From positions 1-64,000 of the forward strand of contig JBDHDE010000005.1 in the NCBI GenBank assembly GCA_039591655.1: a DNA stretch of 64,000 bases, given 5' to 3'. Both the position numbers and the translations under genes were made by a program. A model generated the notes under the pieces. That model searched no databases, was not told where the DNA came from, and saw only the letters and a program-made list of their open reading frames with translations. This DNA comes from Gemmatimonadota bacterium (GTDB taxonomy: Bacteria > Gemmatimonadota > Gemmatimonadetes > Gemmatimonadales > GWC2-71-9). Positions 33,679-44,223 of this stretch are shown here, one piece after another. How positions within the stretch are numbered: the stretch's first letter is position 1; each line of letters begins with the position of its first letter.

Positions 33679-36246
33679 ATGCCCACCTCCCGCGGCGCGC
33701 GCGCGTGTGTCTCCGGCGCGTTGCTGATTGTTCTCTCCGTGACATTCGGCGCACTGCCTGCCGGCGCCCAGCAGCGCGATACCACGGTCGTGGCGGGCCC
33801 GCAGTACAGCAAAGGCGGGCTCTACCGCCTGTACTTCGGGAACGACTACCGCGATCTCTGGACCGCACCGGTTCGCGTACAGCTGCTCGACCTGCGAACG
33901 TTCGCCGGCGGTCTCACACCCACCACCGCCGGCGGTGGTTTCCAGACCAAGTCGCTGCGGTTCCGCGGCGCCGACGGCTTCCAGTACAGCTTCCGCTCGG
34001 TGGACAAGGACATGGATGTTCTGCCACCGGAGTGGGAGGGGTCGGTGGTGGAGGACATCGTGCAGGACCAGACCTCTGCGGCGCACCCAGGGGCCCCGCC
34101 GGTGGTGGCCGCGCTCATGGAAGCGGCCGGGATCCCGCACACCGAGCCCCGGCTCGTCGTGTTGCCCGATGATGCTGCGCTCGGTGAGCACCGGGAGCGC
34201 TTCGCTGGCACCGTTGGGTACATCGAGCGACGCGCCATCACGGAGCCAGGGGTGCCCGGCTTTGCCGGTGCGGATGAGATCATCGACGGGGACGACGTCA
34301 TGGAGCGGGTGCAGCGAAGCGCCCGGGATCGCGTCGCCGCGCGGGCCCTGCTCGACGCGCGTCTCCTCGATCTGCTGATCGGCGACTGGGACCGCCACCG
34401 GGGGCAGTGGGGGTGGGCGCGCTTCGGGGAGGAGCCCGTCACCCACTGGGTGCCCATTCCGGAGGACCGGGACCAGGCCCTGGTGCGGTTCGACGGTGTG
34501 GGGCTCTGGTTGGGGCGGAACTACGCGCCGCAACTCGTGAAGTTCGGCCCCAAATACTCGAGCACGCTCGGTCTCAGCTTCAACGCCCGCGAGTTGGACC
34601 GGCGGTTTCTCGTCGGACTCGAGAGACCCGCGTGGGACTCCGCGGCCGCGCAGCTCAAGTGGCGCCTCACCGACTCGGTAATCGAGGATGCGGTGAGCCG
34701 GATGGCGCCGGAGTACGTAGCGATTGGCGGCGAGTGGCTGGCTCAGGCCCTCAAGCAGCGCCGGGACGAGCTGCCCCAAGCGGCCGATCGCCTATACCGG
34801 CTGCTCGCGGGTGACGTGGACATCCAGGGAACAGACGAGGCGGAAGAGATCCTGATCCAGCGGCATGCCAACGATACGGTGGAGGTCACAATCCAGAGCG
34901 GTCGGCAGCGGTTGCCCTACCTCCACCGCCGGTTCGACACCCGCGAGACCAGTGAGCTCCGGTTCTACCTGCACGGCGGTGAGGATCGCGTGATCGTGAC
35001 GGGACCGGGGCGGGGCGTCACGCTACGGGTGATCGGGAGTGGCAACGACGTGGTGATTGACTCCTCCGATGCGGGCGGTGTGCGGTTCTACGCTACGGGC
35101 GATGATGAGGCCAGTGGGCCCACGAATGTGAAGGTGGACCGCAGGCCCTACACTCCCCCGCCGCTGGGACCACGGGATAGGATGCATCCGCCCGACTGGG
35201 GGCACAGGTGGCAGGGCTTGGGCTGGATCGGGGCCGGGCCCGACCTCGGGTTCTTCTTCGGGGGCGGCGCCTTCGTCACCACTAACGGATTCCGCCGGCA
35301 CCCCTACGCCTCCAAGGTCCAGTTCCGGGCGGGGTTCTCCACGGGGGCCACCACGGGCCGCTTCGACTTCCAGAGCGATATCACCTGGACCAACTCTAAC
35401 GTGCACATGGAGCTGTACGGGTTGCTGAGCGGCATCGAGACGCTGCGGTTTTACGGCTTCGGCAACGACTTCGCGATCAACGATTCGCTGGACGATGCCA
35501 ACTTCTACCGTGTGAACCAGCGCCAGATCACGGTGGCGCCCGTGCTCTTCCTCCCCTTTGGCAGCCGGAATGTCGAGCTGGGCGTCGGGCCGATCATGAA
35601 CTACTTCGATACCAAGGAGGACACCACCCGGATCATCAGGAGTGACACGCTGTACGGCTCGGGGACGCTCGGGGAGGTGGGAGTGATCGGGGGGCTGCGG
35701 ATCGATACGCGGGATCTACCATCCTGGCCCACGCGGGGATTCCACGTGTTGCTCACGGGTGAGCTGTATCCGGAGGTGTGGGATGTGGCGACGATCTACG
35801 GGGTGCTCGAGGGCGTCGCATCCACCTACCTCACCGCCCGTTCGCTGCCGTTCAGGCCCACCCTGGCGCTGCGGGCCGGCGCCAGGAAGGTGTTCGGCGA
35901 CTCGATCCCGTTCCAACACGCCGCCTACATCGGCGACGACCGGACGGTGCGGCTGGGCCGGCAGAATCGCTTCGGGGGTGACGCGGCGGTGTGGGGCAAC
36001 GCCGAGCTCCGCTTCAACGCCCAGCGCTTCATGCTTCTCCTACCCGGCCAGTTCGGGCTGTTCGCACTGGGCGATCTGGGGAGGGTGTTCCTCGATGGGG
36101 AGGAATCCGACACCGACACATGGCACTGGGCGGCGGGCGGCGGCGTGTGGCTCTCGTTCGTCGCGCAGCGGATGACGCTGAGCGTCGCCGTCGCCGCGAG
36201 CGACGAGCGAACGGCCGTCTATTTCCGGACGGGCTTCGCGTACTAG
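33679..36246 (+). CDS. Outer-membrane beta-barrel protein, Omp85/BamA-TamA-like (putative)
   Basis: Signal peptide MPTSRGARACVSGALLIVLSVTFGALPAGAQQ. Long soluble region followed by a C-terminal barrel ending ...AVYFRTGFAY (aromatic terminus). Start set at ATG 33679, right after the upstream stop. Confidence 0.45.
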   Translation: MPTSRGARACVSGALLIVLSVTFGALPAGAQQRDTTVVAGPQYSKGGLYRLYFGNDYRDLWTAPVRVQLLDLRTFAGGLTPTTAGGGFQTKSLRFRGADGFQYSFRSVDKDMDVLPPEWEGSVVEDIVQDQTSAAHPGAPPVVAALMEAAGIPHTEPRLVVLPDDAALGEHRERFAGTVGYIERRAITEPGVPGFAGADEIIDGDDVMERVQRSARDRVAARALLDARLLDLLIGDWDRHRGQWGWARFGEEPVTHWVPIPEDRDQALVRFDGVGLWLGRNYAPQLVKFGPKYSSTLGLSFNARELDRRFLVGLERPAWDSAAAQLKWRLTDSVIEDAVSRMAPEYVAIGGEWLAQALKQRRDELPQAADRLYRLLAGDVDIQGTDEAEEILIQRHANDTVEVTIQSGRQRLPYLHRRFDTRETSELRFYLHGGEDRVIVTGPGRGVTLRVIGSGNDVVIDSSDAGGVRFYATGDDEASGPTNVKVDRRPYTPPPLGPRDRMHPPDWGHRWQGLGWIGAGPDLGFFFGGGAFVTTNGFRRHPYASKVQFRAGFSTGATTGRFDFQSDITWTNSNVHMELYGLLSGIETLRFYGFGNDFAINDSLDDANFYRVNQRQITVAPVLFLPFGSRNVELGVGPIMNYFDTKEDTTRIIRSDTLYGSGTLGEVGVIGGLRIDTRDLPSWPTRGFHVLLTGELYPEVWDVATIYGVLEGVASTYLTARSLPFRPTLALRAGARKVFGDSIPFQHAAYIGDDRTVRLGRQNRFGGDAAVWGNAELRFNAQRFMLLLPGQFGLFALGDLGRVFLDGEESDTDTWHWAAGGGVWLSFVAQRMTLSVAVAASDERTAVYFRTGFAY

Positions 36247-36329
36247 CGATCCCGCGTCTCGAGAGCGGGCGGCCCATGTCCGGGCCGCCCGCTATCTTTC
36301 CTAGAACCACCCACGGGATCACGGTAAAC

Positions 36330-39074
36330 ATGGTGCGTAGAGCAGTGGTGCTGATCGTCGGGCTGGCGGCAGTCCTCGTGGCGCTCACCGGCCTGCCGGC
36401 TTTGGTCGACCTGATGGCGGACTGGTACTGGTTCGAGGCCCTGGGATATCAGTCGGTCTTTCTCGCCGCCCTCAAGGCGAAACTGGGCCTGGGAGTGGTG
36501 GTGGGCGTGCTGGCCTTCCTGTTCATCTGGGTCAACCTGCGGCTGGCCCAGCGGGGCCTCGTGCCGGACCCGATGGTGGTGGATCTGCGCTCGGGGTTGC
36601 CCAAGCTCAACCTCACCCGCCTGGTCCGCGTCGTGAGCCTCCCCATCGCCGCGCTCTTCGCGCTGCTGATCGGCGCGGCCGCCTCCAGCGCGTGGCTCAC
36701 TCTCTTGCGGTTCCGCCACCGCACAGCGTTCGACGTCGTGGATCCGGTGTTCGGCAGGGATGTGGGCTACTACGTGTTCACGCTGCCTGCACTCTCTGTG
36801 GTGATCGGTTTGGTGGTGACTGTCATCGTGCTAACACTCGCCATGACGGCCGGTCTCTACCTGTTTCGGGGCGACCTGCTCATCCGTCGCCGCCAGGTCA
36901 CGATCGAGCGGTCGGCCGAGCTGCACCTCGCCCTGCTCATCGCACTGCTGTTCGTGACGACGGCGCTCACCGTGTTCCTGGTGCGCATCCCGGCGTTGCT
37001 ATACTCCACCACCGGGCCCATGCTGGGGGCCAGCTACACCGATCTCTCGATTCAGGTGCCGGCGCTTCGCATCGCGGGCGTGGTGGCCCTGCTCGGGGCG
37101 GGCTTCGTGCTGTTCGGCCTGCGCACCCGCCGCCTCGTGCGCCACACGGTCGTGGCCGCGGTGGCGTACATTGTCATCGGTCTGCTGGGGACCCTGACCG
37201 CGGCGGCGGTCCAGCGTCTGGTGGTCGTGCCCAACGAGCTCGTCAGGGAGTCGCCGCAGCTCCAGCACCACATCACCGCGACGCGCCTCGCTTGGGGCCT
37301 GGACGGAGTCGTCACCCGAGACCTCAGCGGCGAGTCACGGCTCGCGCTCGCCGACATCGAGGCCAACGGCGCGACGATCAGCAACGTCCGGTTGTGGGAT
37401 CGGGAGCCTCTGCTGCAGACCTTCGGGCAGCTGCAGGAGATCCGCACCTACTACGACTTCATCTCGGTAGACGACGATCGCTACTGGATCGATGGGGAGT
37501 ACCGGCAGGTGCTGCTCTCCCCCCGGGAGCTGAACAGCATGTCGCTGCCCGCCAGGACCTTCATCAACGAGCGACTGAGGTTCACTCACGGGATGGGACT
37601 TACACTGGGACCGGTGAACCAGGTCACGGAAGAGGGCCTTCCGGTACTCTTCATCAAGGACCTTCCCCCAGCCTCCTCGGTGTCGCTCGGCGTGACCCGC
37701 CCCGGGATCTACTACGGCGAGCTCTCCCGCAGCTACGTGTTCGTGAACACGCAACAGGAGGAGTTCGACTTCCCCTCCGACGCGGGCGACGTCGTGGCGG
37801 AATATGAAGGCACGGGTGGCGTCCCGACATCGTCGTTGCTCCGGCGGCTGCTGTTCAGCATGCACTTCGGCTCGATGAAAATCCTGCTGTCACACGACAT
37901 CACGTCCGACAGCCGAGTCATGTATCACCGCAGCGTGCGAGAGCGGGCGGCGAAGGCGCTACCGTTTCTCCGGTGGGACAGCGACCCCTATCTAGTGATT
38001 ACCGAGGCCGGCAAGCTCAAGTGGATCCTCGACGCCTACACGGTGAGCGGCCGCTACCCCTATGCCCAGCGCGCGAGCGATGGGACCAACTACATGCGCA
38101 ACAGCGTGAAGGTCGTGATCGACGCCTACGACGGCGACGTTCAAGCGTACGTCGCCGAACCGGACGATCCGTTGATCCGCACCTACGCCGAGATCTTCAC
38201 CGGGATCTTCCAGCCGCTGGATGCCATGCCCCCCGACCTCCGGGCCCACATCCGCTATCCGGAGGATCTCTTCCGCATCCAGACGGCGCTCCACACGACT
38301 TATCACATGAGCGAGCCGACCATCTTCTACCACCGGGAGGATCAGTGGCAGATCCCGGTGCTGGCGCGCGGAGAGGACGCCCGGGATCCCTTCCTGCGAC
38401 ACATCATCATGAAGCTGCCCGGCGAGTCCCAGGCAGAGTTCATCATGATGGCGCCGTTCACGCCGCGACAGAAAGACAACCTCTCGGCCTGGATGGTCGT
38501 CCGCAGCGACGGCGAGCACTACGGCCAGCTCGTGGTGTACCGGTTTCCGCGCCAGAGCCTGGTCTTCGGCCCAGCGCAGATCGTGAACCGCATCAATCAG
38601 GACACCGAGATCTCACGCCAGGTCTCCCTGTGGGATCAACGGGGCTCCGAGGTGATTCGGGGGAACCTGCTGGTGATCCCCATCGAGGAGTCGCTGATCT
38701 TCGTCCAGGCGCTGTACCTGCGTGCCGAGGGGGGCCGCATCCCCGAGCTGAAGCGGGTGATCGTGGCTTACGAGAACCAGGTGGTGATGGAGGAGACGCT
38801 GGAGGAGGGCCTGGCACGGCTATTCGGGGCCATGGCTCCTGCGGAGGTCCGTCCCATCGCTGCGGCCGCAGCGGCTGCGGCCGCAGCTCCGGAGGCGGCG
38901 CTGCCCGCCGCGGACGTCGCCGATCTGGTACAACAGGCCGCCGAGCACTACGAGCGGGCGACGGCGGCGCAGCGGGTCGGCGACTGGGCGCGCTACGGTG
39001 AGGAGATGCGCCAGGTGGGGGCGCTGCTTGGGCGGCTACGCCAGCTCACCGAGGGAGCGCCACCCCGGGAGTAG
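36330..39074 (+). CDS. UPF0182-family large membrane protein
   Basis: Family N-terminal motif DLMADWYWFEALGYQSVF, 7 N-terminal TM helices, ~900-aa length, poly-Ala/Glu C-tail. ORF-track start at 35991 rejected (it overlaps the OMP gene); ATG 36330 used. Confidence 0.7.
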   Translation: MVRRAVVLIVGLAAVLVALTGLPALVDLMADWYWFEALGYQSVFLAALKAKLGLGVVVGVLAFLFIWVNLRLAQRGLVPDPMVVDLRSGLPKLNLTRLVRVVSLPIAALFALLIGAAASSAWLTLLRFRHRTAFDVVDPVFGRDVGYYVFTLPALSVVIGLVVTVIVLTLAMTAGLYLFRGDLLIRRRQVTIERSAELHLALLIALLFVTTALTVFLVRIPALLYSTTGPMLGASYTDLSIQVPALRIAGVVALLGAGFVLFGLRTRRLVRHTVVAAVAYIVIGLLGTLTAAAVQRLVVVPNELVRESPQLQHHITATRLAWGLDGVVTRDLSGESRLALADIEANGATISNVRLWDREPLLQTFGQLQEIRTYYDFISVDDDRYWIDGEYRQVLLSPRELNSMSLPARTFINERLRFTHGMGLTLGPVNQVTEEGLPVLFIKDLPPASSVSLGVTRPGIYYGELSRSYVFVNTQQEEFDFPSDAGDVVAEYEGTGGVPTSSLLRRLLFSMHFGSMKILLSHDITSDSRVMYHRSVRERAAKALPFLRWDSDPYLVITEAGKLKWILDAYTVSGRYPYAQRASDGTNYMRNSVKVVIDAYDGDVQAYVAEPDDPLIRTYAEIFTGIFQPLDAMPPDLRAHIRYPEDLFRIQTALHTTYHMSEPTIFYHREDQWQIPVLARGEDARDPFLRHIIMKLPGESQAEFIMMAPFTPRQKDNLSAWMVVRSDGEHYGQLVVYRFPRQSLVFGPAQIVNRINQDTEISRQVSLWDQRGSEVIRGNLLVIPIEESLIFVQALYLRAEGGRIPELKRVIVAYENQVVMEETLEEGLARLFGAMAPAEVRPIAAAAAAAAAAPEAALPAADVADLVQQAAEHYERATAAQRVGDWARYGEEMRQVGALLGRLRQLTEGAPPRE

Positions 39075-39096
39075 CACGCCGCCCGCCTGCCGGGCC

Positions 39097-39936
39097 TCAG
39101 GAGAATCGCGCCACGACGACCGTGACGTTGTCGCGTCCTCCCGCGTCCAGGGCGGCGACAACCAAGTCCTCACATGCCTCCTGGGCAGTGGCCGCGGCAC
39201 GCAACTTCCCGGCGATCTCCTCATCGGACAGATGCCTGGTCAGGCCGTCGGTACAGAGCATGAGGGTGTCGCCCGTCGCCAGGTCCACCTTGGAGATCTC
39301 GGGTTCCACCTCGGGCGCGCCCCCGCCAATGGCCTGCGACAGCACACTGCTGTACGGGGACTGCTGGGCGTCGCTCGGGGAGAGGGCGCCCTCCTCGACC
39401 AGCAACTGCACCACGGTCTGGTCCCGGGTTACCTGGCTGAAGGCGTCGCCCCGCAGGTGGTAGCACCGGCTGTCGCCGATCTGCACCGTATAGACCCTGG
39501 GCCACAGCACGTGCGCCATCGTCAGGGTAGTGGCCATGCCGGAGCGCTCGGGATCTTCCTGCGCGCGGTCGAGCACTGCGGCGTGACTGCGCTGGACGGA
39601 CGAGGCGAGCTCCTGTAGCAGGTCCGACGGAAGTTGATCGTCCAGCTTGTAGAAGCATCGCATGGAGTTCGTCACGTAGCTCGTCACGGCGTCGAGGGTG
39701 ACGCTGGAAGCCTCCTCGCCACCGGCGTGGCCGCCGACGCCGTCCGCCACCATGAGGAGCAGGGCGCGAGCCCCGCTGTCGAACCGCTTGCGATAGGAAC
39801 CGGGAATACTGGTTCCCTGGATCTCGACCACCTTGTGAAGCGCCGCGATGAGGAATTGGTCCTGGTTCTCCTTCCGCACCTTCCCCACGTCCGTGCTGCC
39901 GTAGGAGTCGACCTCCACGCCGTCGGACATCAGCAT
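39097..39936 (-). CDS. PP2C-family Ser/Thr protein phosphatase
   Basis: DSYGSTDVGKVRKENQD, LLMVADGVGGHAGGEEAS, LCTDGLT, GGRDNVTVVVARF motifs. Start at MLMSDG. Confidence 0.8.
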   Translation of the reverse strand: MLMSDGVEVDSYGSTDVGKVRKENQDQFLIAALHKVVEIQGTSIPGSYRKRFDSGARALLLMVADGVGGHAGGEEASSVTLDAVTSYVTNSMRCFYKLDDQLPSDLLQELASSVQRSHAAVLDRAQEDPERSGMATTLTMAHVLWPRVYTVQIGDSRCYHLRGDAFSQVTRDQTVVQLLVEEGALSPSDAQQSPYSSVLSQAIGGGAPEVEPEISKVDLATGDTLMLCTDGLTRHLSDEEIAGKLRAAATAQEACEDLVVAALDAGGRDNVTVVVARFS

Positions 39937-40146
39937 AGGGCACCTCGGCGGGGTTGCCGCAGGTTGACGGATGCGGTGCCGCGACTGGGCGCCGCGCAGG
40001 GGCGGCCTCGCTGCCGCCCTGAGCATAGAATAGCCCGCCGGCGCACCCACGGCCAAGGGCGCTCATCGGTTGCCGGGGGGCGTGCCCGGGAATTGACCTT
40101 CCCGTGACGAGGCGGTAGGAATGATGAGGGCCCAGCGGAGGACGGG

Positions 40147-41151
40147 ATGATGACGCGGTACTCGCGTATGGCAAGTGTCGGTCACTTCGTGCCGGATCGG
40201 GTGGTGACCAACCACGATCTGGAGCAGGTGATGGATACCTCCGACGAGTGGATTCGTGAGCGGAGCGGCATTGCCGAGCGTCGCTTCGCAGACGACGGCG
40301 TTGGTTGCACGGACCTCGGGATCCGAGCGGCGCAGGTGGCGATGGATAAGGCGGGCTGGAAGCCCGAGGACGTCGATTTCGTGCTGTTCGCGACCCTCTC
40401 GCCGGACATGTACTTCCCTGGAAACGGCGTGCTGCTGCAGCGAGAGCTGGGGCTGCGGGACGTAGGGGCGATGGACGTTCGGAACCAATGCACGGGTTTC
40501 GTATACGCCATCTCAGCCGCCGACGCCTTCATCCGGATGGGGATGTTCGACCGAGTGTTGGTGGTGGGGGCCGAAAAGCACTCGGCCGGGCTCCGCATGG
40601 ACTCCGACGGACGCGATACGGCGGTGCTGTTCGGGGACGGCGGGGGCGCGGCGTGCCTAGAGGTCACCGACGGGTCCGACGGTAGCCGGTTCCTCTGGCA
40701 CCACCTTCACTCGGACGGCCGCTACGCCACGGAGCTTTGCATCGCGAAGCCCGGCGCCGGGAACACGCCGTGGATCAGCGCCGAGATGATCGAGGAGGGA
40801 TCGGTCCATCCGTACATGAACGGCCGGGAGGTGTTCAAGCACGCCGTAACCAAGTTTCCCGCGGTGATCCAGGAGGTTCTTGCCACGGAGGGCTTCAAGC
40901 CTGAGGATGTCGACCTCGTGATCCCGCACCAGGCAAACGAGCGCATCACCGAGGTCGTGCGCAAGCGGCTTGGGGTGCCGGACGAGAAGGTCTACTCCAA
41001 CATCGCCAGGTACGGCAACACCACGGCGGCGAGCATCCCCATCGCGTTGAGCGAAGCGGTGGCCGAGGGACTCGTGAAGCGGGGGAGCCTGGTCTGTCTC
41101 GCGGCTTTCGGCTCGGGCTTCACGTGGGCCGCGAACCTGCTGCGCTACTGA
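40147..41151 (+). CDS. fabH: 3-oxoacyl-[ACP] synthase III
   Basis: Active-site NQCTGFVYAISAAD (Cys), His/Asn regions (HQANERI, GNTTAASIP). SD GGAGGA. The start could be 40147/40150 or the internal Met at 40168. Confidence 0.85.
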   Translation: MMTRYSRMASVGHFVPDRVVTNHDLEQVMDTSDEWIRERSGIAERRFADDGVGCTDLGIRAAQVAMDKAGWKPEDVDFVLFATLSPDMYFPGNGVLLQRELGLRDVGAMDVRNQCTGFVYAISAADAFIRMGMFDRVLVVGAEKHSAGLRMDSDGRDTAVLFGDGGGAACLEVTDGSDGSRFLWHHLHSDGRYATELCIAKPGAGNTPWISAEMIEEGSVHPYMNGREVFKHAVTKFPAVIQEVLATEGFKPEDVDLVIPHQANERITEVVRKRLGVPDEKVYSNIARYGNTTAASIPIALSEAVAEGLVKRGSLVCLAAFGSGFTWAANLLRY

Positions 41152-41175
41152 GCGGCGCTTGGCACCGATCGCCGA

Positions 41176-44079
41176 TCAGTTCACTGACTCGAGGCGCGAC
41201 CGGACCGCATCGACTCGCGGGGCGAGGGCCGCATCCGCCCCGATCCAGTGGCGCAGGAACTCGACGTAGGCTTCGGCGGCGCCGGTGATGTCCCCCTCCG
41301 CGTCCAAAGTCCGTCCCAGGGCCTCGAGACCCGGGGGTACGAACTCCTGGTCGTCGGGGCGAATCCCGTAGCGTAGGCGACGGAGCCCCTCCTCGCGCGT
41401 TGCTCCCCGCGCCGCCAGGGTGAGCGCCAGCCGGAAGCGAAGCGGCGCCGCCTCCTCGGTGACCCACGGCCAGTATCCCGCATCCTCCAAACCGGCGCGC
41501 AGGCGAGCCACCCCCAGCGTCGTGTCCCCCGCGATCAAGTCGGCCCAGCCCTGCACCGCGGTGAAGAGCCCGCGGTAGGGGAGGGTGTTGCCCGTGGTGT
41601 CGCCGGCCAGCCCGGCGGCGGCGCGGAGGCGGGCGGTGTCGCCATGGCCCTGGCCCAGTGCCCCGAGGGCACGCCAGTAGTCCGTCTCCGGATCACCGCG
41701 GGTGGTGAGCGACTGAGCGTCGGCAAGTTGCCGCAAGGCACGCCCGGCGCTCGACGCGGGAGCGTACCCGGCGAGCACGGGCAGCAGGCTGACCGTCCTC
41801 GCCAGAACCGGTGTGGTCTCAAACAGCGCCGTCAGCTGTGCGCCGGCGTCCTCCAGTCGGCCGGCGGCGTTGAGCGTCCGCACCTTGGTGGCAATGAGCT
41901 CGGCGCGCCGCGCGTCGTTCGGCGGCGTGGCGGCCAGGATGGTGTCGACGGCGGCCACCAGCGTTGCCGAGCTCCAGCCGGTTGGGAGCCGGGCGACGCC
42001 GATCATTAGACGCAGCAGGCGCATCGCCTCACGCACCGGGTCGAAGCCCGGTCCGAAGGCGACAGTCCCGATCAGCGCCACCGCCGAATCCGGTGGACTC
42101 CAGAGAAGGCGGCGCGCCAGCTCGAAGCGCTCGACCTGCCGTGCGCTCGTGCTCTGCGCAAGTGAGCCGAAGTAGCGCGCAAAGCGTGTGCTGTCCCCTT
42201 CGAGGAGACTCAGCTCCAGCGGGTCGAGCAAGGCCGGCGCCAGCGTCGAGTCCAGCTCGTACCCGCGATCGAAGGGCGCATAGAGCTCCTCTGGCGGCAT
42301 CGCGATGACAGACCGCGCCCGGTACTGCACGTCGCCGTATTGGTGCCACCCTTCCGCGTCGTTGGGGTAGCGCGTCACGTAGGCGCGCAGGGTGTCCAGC
42401 GCCGCCAGGCGCCCCGCCTGGAACAGCTGGTTCGCCCGCACCAGGGTGCGCTCCCGCGGCGGGAGTCGCTCGGCGAACTCCGCCGCTGCCTGACCCAGGC
42501 GCACGGCCTGGGGCGATCCGTGCCCCCGCAGCCAGCTGATCGCCTGGCCCATGCGGTACAGGGCAAGGGCGAACGTGGGGTCCTCACCTATCGCCGTGCC
42601 GAACGCAGCCGCCGCCGAGTCCCAATGTGAGCGCCTGTAGTACTGCTCTCCCTGCAGGTACGCCCGGGTTGCGTTGAGGGAGCCCGTCGTGATGGCACTG
42701 ACGCGGAGATCTGGCAGGGGTTGGCGGGAGCGCCAGATCTCCCGCAGCAGCCTCAGGCTCAAGCTGTCCACCAGGGCGAGTACGCTGTCCGCCGGTCCGT
42801 CGGCCGTGGCCTGCGCCAGACGCTCCCCCCGAACGGTGCGCAGCTCCGCCGAGAGCCGTACCTCCGGCCCGGCCTCGACGATGCTGCCCAGGAGGACGGA
42901 GCCGGCACTCACCTCCCGCCCCACGGCGAGCGAGCCCTCCAGGTCCACGCCGTCCTCATCCGCACGCTGTCGCCAGCGGTGCAGCACCGTGCGGGTGTCC
43001 ACCGTCCGGATGCCGCCGACGGCGTCCAGGTTGGTGGAAAGGAGGTCCACCATCCCCTCTCCTAGGACCGCCACGTTCGGACCGGACGTCGTGAACGGAA
43101 CGACGGCGATGACTTGGGCATCGGAGGCGACCGCGCTCTCCAGGCTCCGCGGCCGCAGCCACCACGCGACGGCCAGCACCGCCAACAGGCCTGCTGCGCC
43201 CAGCACGACTCCCCGTCGCCGGCGGCCGGGACGCCAGTCCACCTGGCCCGATTGCAGCGCGGCCGCGAACTCGGCTCCGGTGGCGAACCGCTGTCCCGGC
43301 GACTTCGCCAGGGCCTTTGCCGTGACATCGGCCACGTGCTTGGGCGTGTCGGGCCGAGCCTGGCGCAGTTCGGGCGTGGCTCCGGCGAGGACCTTCGCGA
43401 AGATGGCCTCGAGGGTGGGTCCCTGGTACGGCGGGCGCCCGGCGAGCATCTCGTACAGCACGCACCCAAGGCTGTAGATGTCCGTCCGCGCGTCGATCTC
43501 ACCGGTGTCCGCCGCCGCTTGTTCGGGGCTCATGTACGACGGTGTGCCGATGGGACTGCCCTCCTGCGTGATCTGGGTCGCGGCCGCAGCGCTCACCGCA
43601 CGGGCGATCCCGAAATCGGTTACCACCGCGTGGCCACCCGAGAGCAGGATGTTGGCCGGCTTGATATCCCGGTGCACGACCCCCTGCCGGTGGGCGTAGT
43701 CGAGGGCGCTCGCAACCTCCGAGGCGATGGCCACCGCGTTGTCGACCTGCAGCGGACCCTCGCGCTCGAGGCGGATCGCCAGCGACTCTCCCTCGACGAA
43801 CGGCATGACGTAGTAGAGGATCCCGTCCGCGGTGCCGGAGTCGTGGAGCGGCAGGATATGAGGATGCTGCAGGCGGGCTACGATCTGGATCTCGCGCAGA
43901 AAGCGCTCCGTGCCCAGCGAGGCGGCGAGCTCCGGGCGGAAGACCTTGATGGCCACCGGCCGGTCGTGCTTGAGGTCCCGGGCCAGGTAGACGATGGCCA
44001 TGCCGCCGCGACCGATCTCACGGTCCACGGCATAGCGCTCGGCGAGCGCGTAGCGCACCTGCCCGATGATATTGCTCAC
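41176..44079 (-). CDS. Ser/Thr protein kinase with TM and very large C-terminal TPR/helical-repeat region (start uncertain, GTG proposed)
   Basis: IGRGGMAIVYLARD, AIKVF, HRDIKPANILL, DFGIAR, GTPSYMSPEQ. There is no in-frame ATG near the kinase N-terminus, so a GTG at 44079 is proposed. Confidence 0.75.
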   Translation of the reverse strand: MSNIIGQVRYALAERYAVDREIGRGGMAIVYLARDLKHDRPVAIKVFRPELAASLGTERFLREIQIVARLQHPHILPLHDSGTADGILYYVMPFVEGESLAIRLEREGPLQVDNAVAIASEVASALDYAHRQGVVHRDIKPANILLSGGHAVVTDFGIARAVSAAAATQITQEGSPIGTPSYMSPEQAAADTGEIDARTDIYSLGCVLYEMLAGRPPYQGPTLEAIFAKVLAGATPELRQARPDTPKHVADVTAKALAKSPGQRFATGAEFAAALQSGQVDWRPGRRRRGVVLGAAGLLAVLAVAWWLRPRSLESAVASDAQVIAVVPFTTSGPNVAVLGEGMVDLLSTNLDAVGGIRTVDTRTVLHRWRQRADEDGVDLEGSLAVGREVSAGSVLLGSIVEAGPEVRLSAELRTVRGERLAQATADGPADSVLALVDSLSLRLLREIWRSRQPLPDLRVSAITTGSLNATRAYLQGEQYYRRSHWDSAAAAFGTAIGEDPTFALALYRMGQAISWLRGHGSPQAVRLGQAAAEFAERLPPRERTLVRANQLFQAGRLAALDTLRAYVTRYPNDAEGWHQYGDVQYRARSVIAMPPEELYAPFDRGYELDSTLAPALLDPLELSLLEGDSTRFARYFGSLAQSTSARQVERFELARRLLWSPPDSAVALIGTVAFGPGFDPVREAMRLLRLMIGVARLPTGWSSATLVAAVDTILAATPPNDARRAELIATKVRTLNAAGRLEDAGAQLTALFETTPVLARTVSLLPVLAGYAPASSAGRALRQLADAQSLTTRGDPETDYWRALGALGQGHGDTARLRAAAGLAGDTTGNTLPYRGLFTAVQGWADLIAGDTTLGVARLRAGLEDAGYWPWVTEEAAPLRFRLALTLAARGATREEGLRRLRYGIRPDDQEFVPPGLEALGRTLDAEGDITGAAEAYVEFLRHWIGADAALAPRVDAVRSRLESVN

Positions 44080-44223
44080 AGCATGGCGTCGTGTGGCTGC
44101 TTGTGGATGATAGGCCCGAGCCGTGCCCCCGGCCAGATGCCCCGGCTGGAGAGCGGTTGGCCGCGGGAACCTTCCTGTCGGCCCGATGTTTGAGAGGGGT
44201 AGCCACGCTAGCCTTGCACCGCC

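Noticed and set aside
35991-36329. ORF-track N-terminal extension of the UPF0182 gene (also of DUF302 54390-54608, NrfD 22970-23035, saccharopine DH 3865-4011, PP2C 39937-40056)
   Set aside because: The extensions overlap upstream genes or repeats, are low-complexity, and conserved family N-termini begin at internal Met codons.
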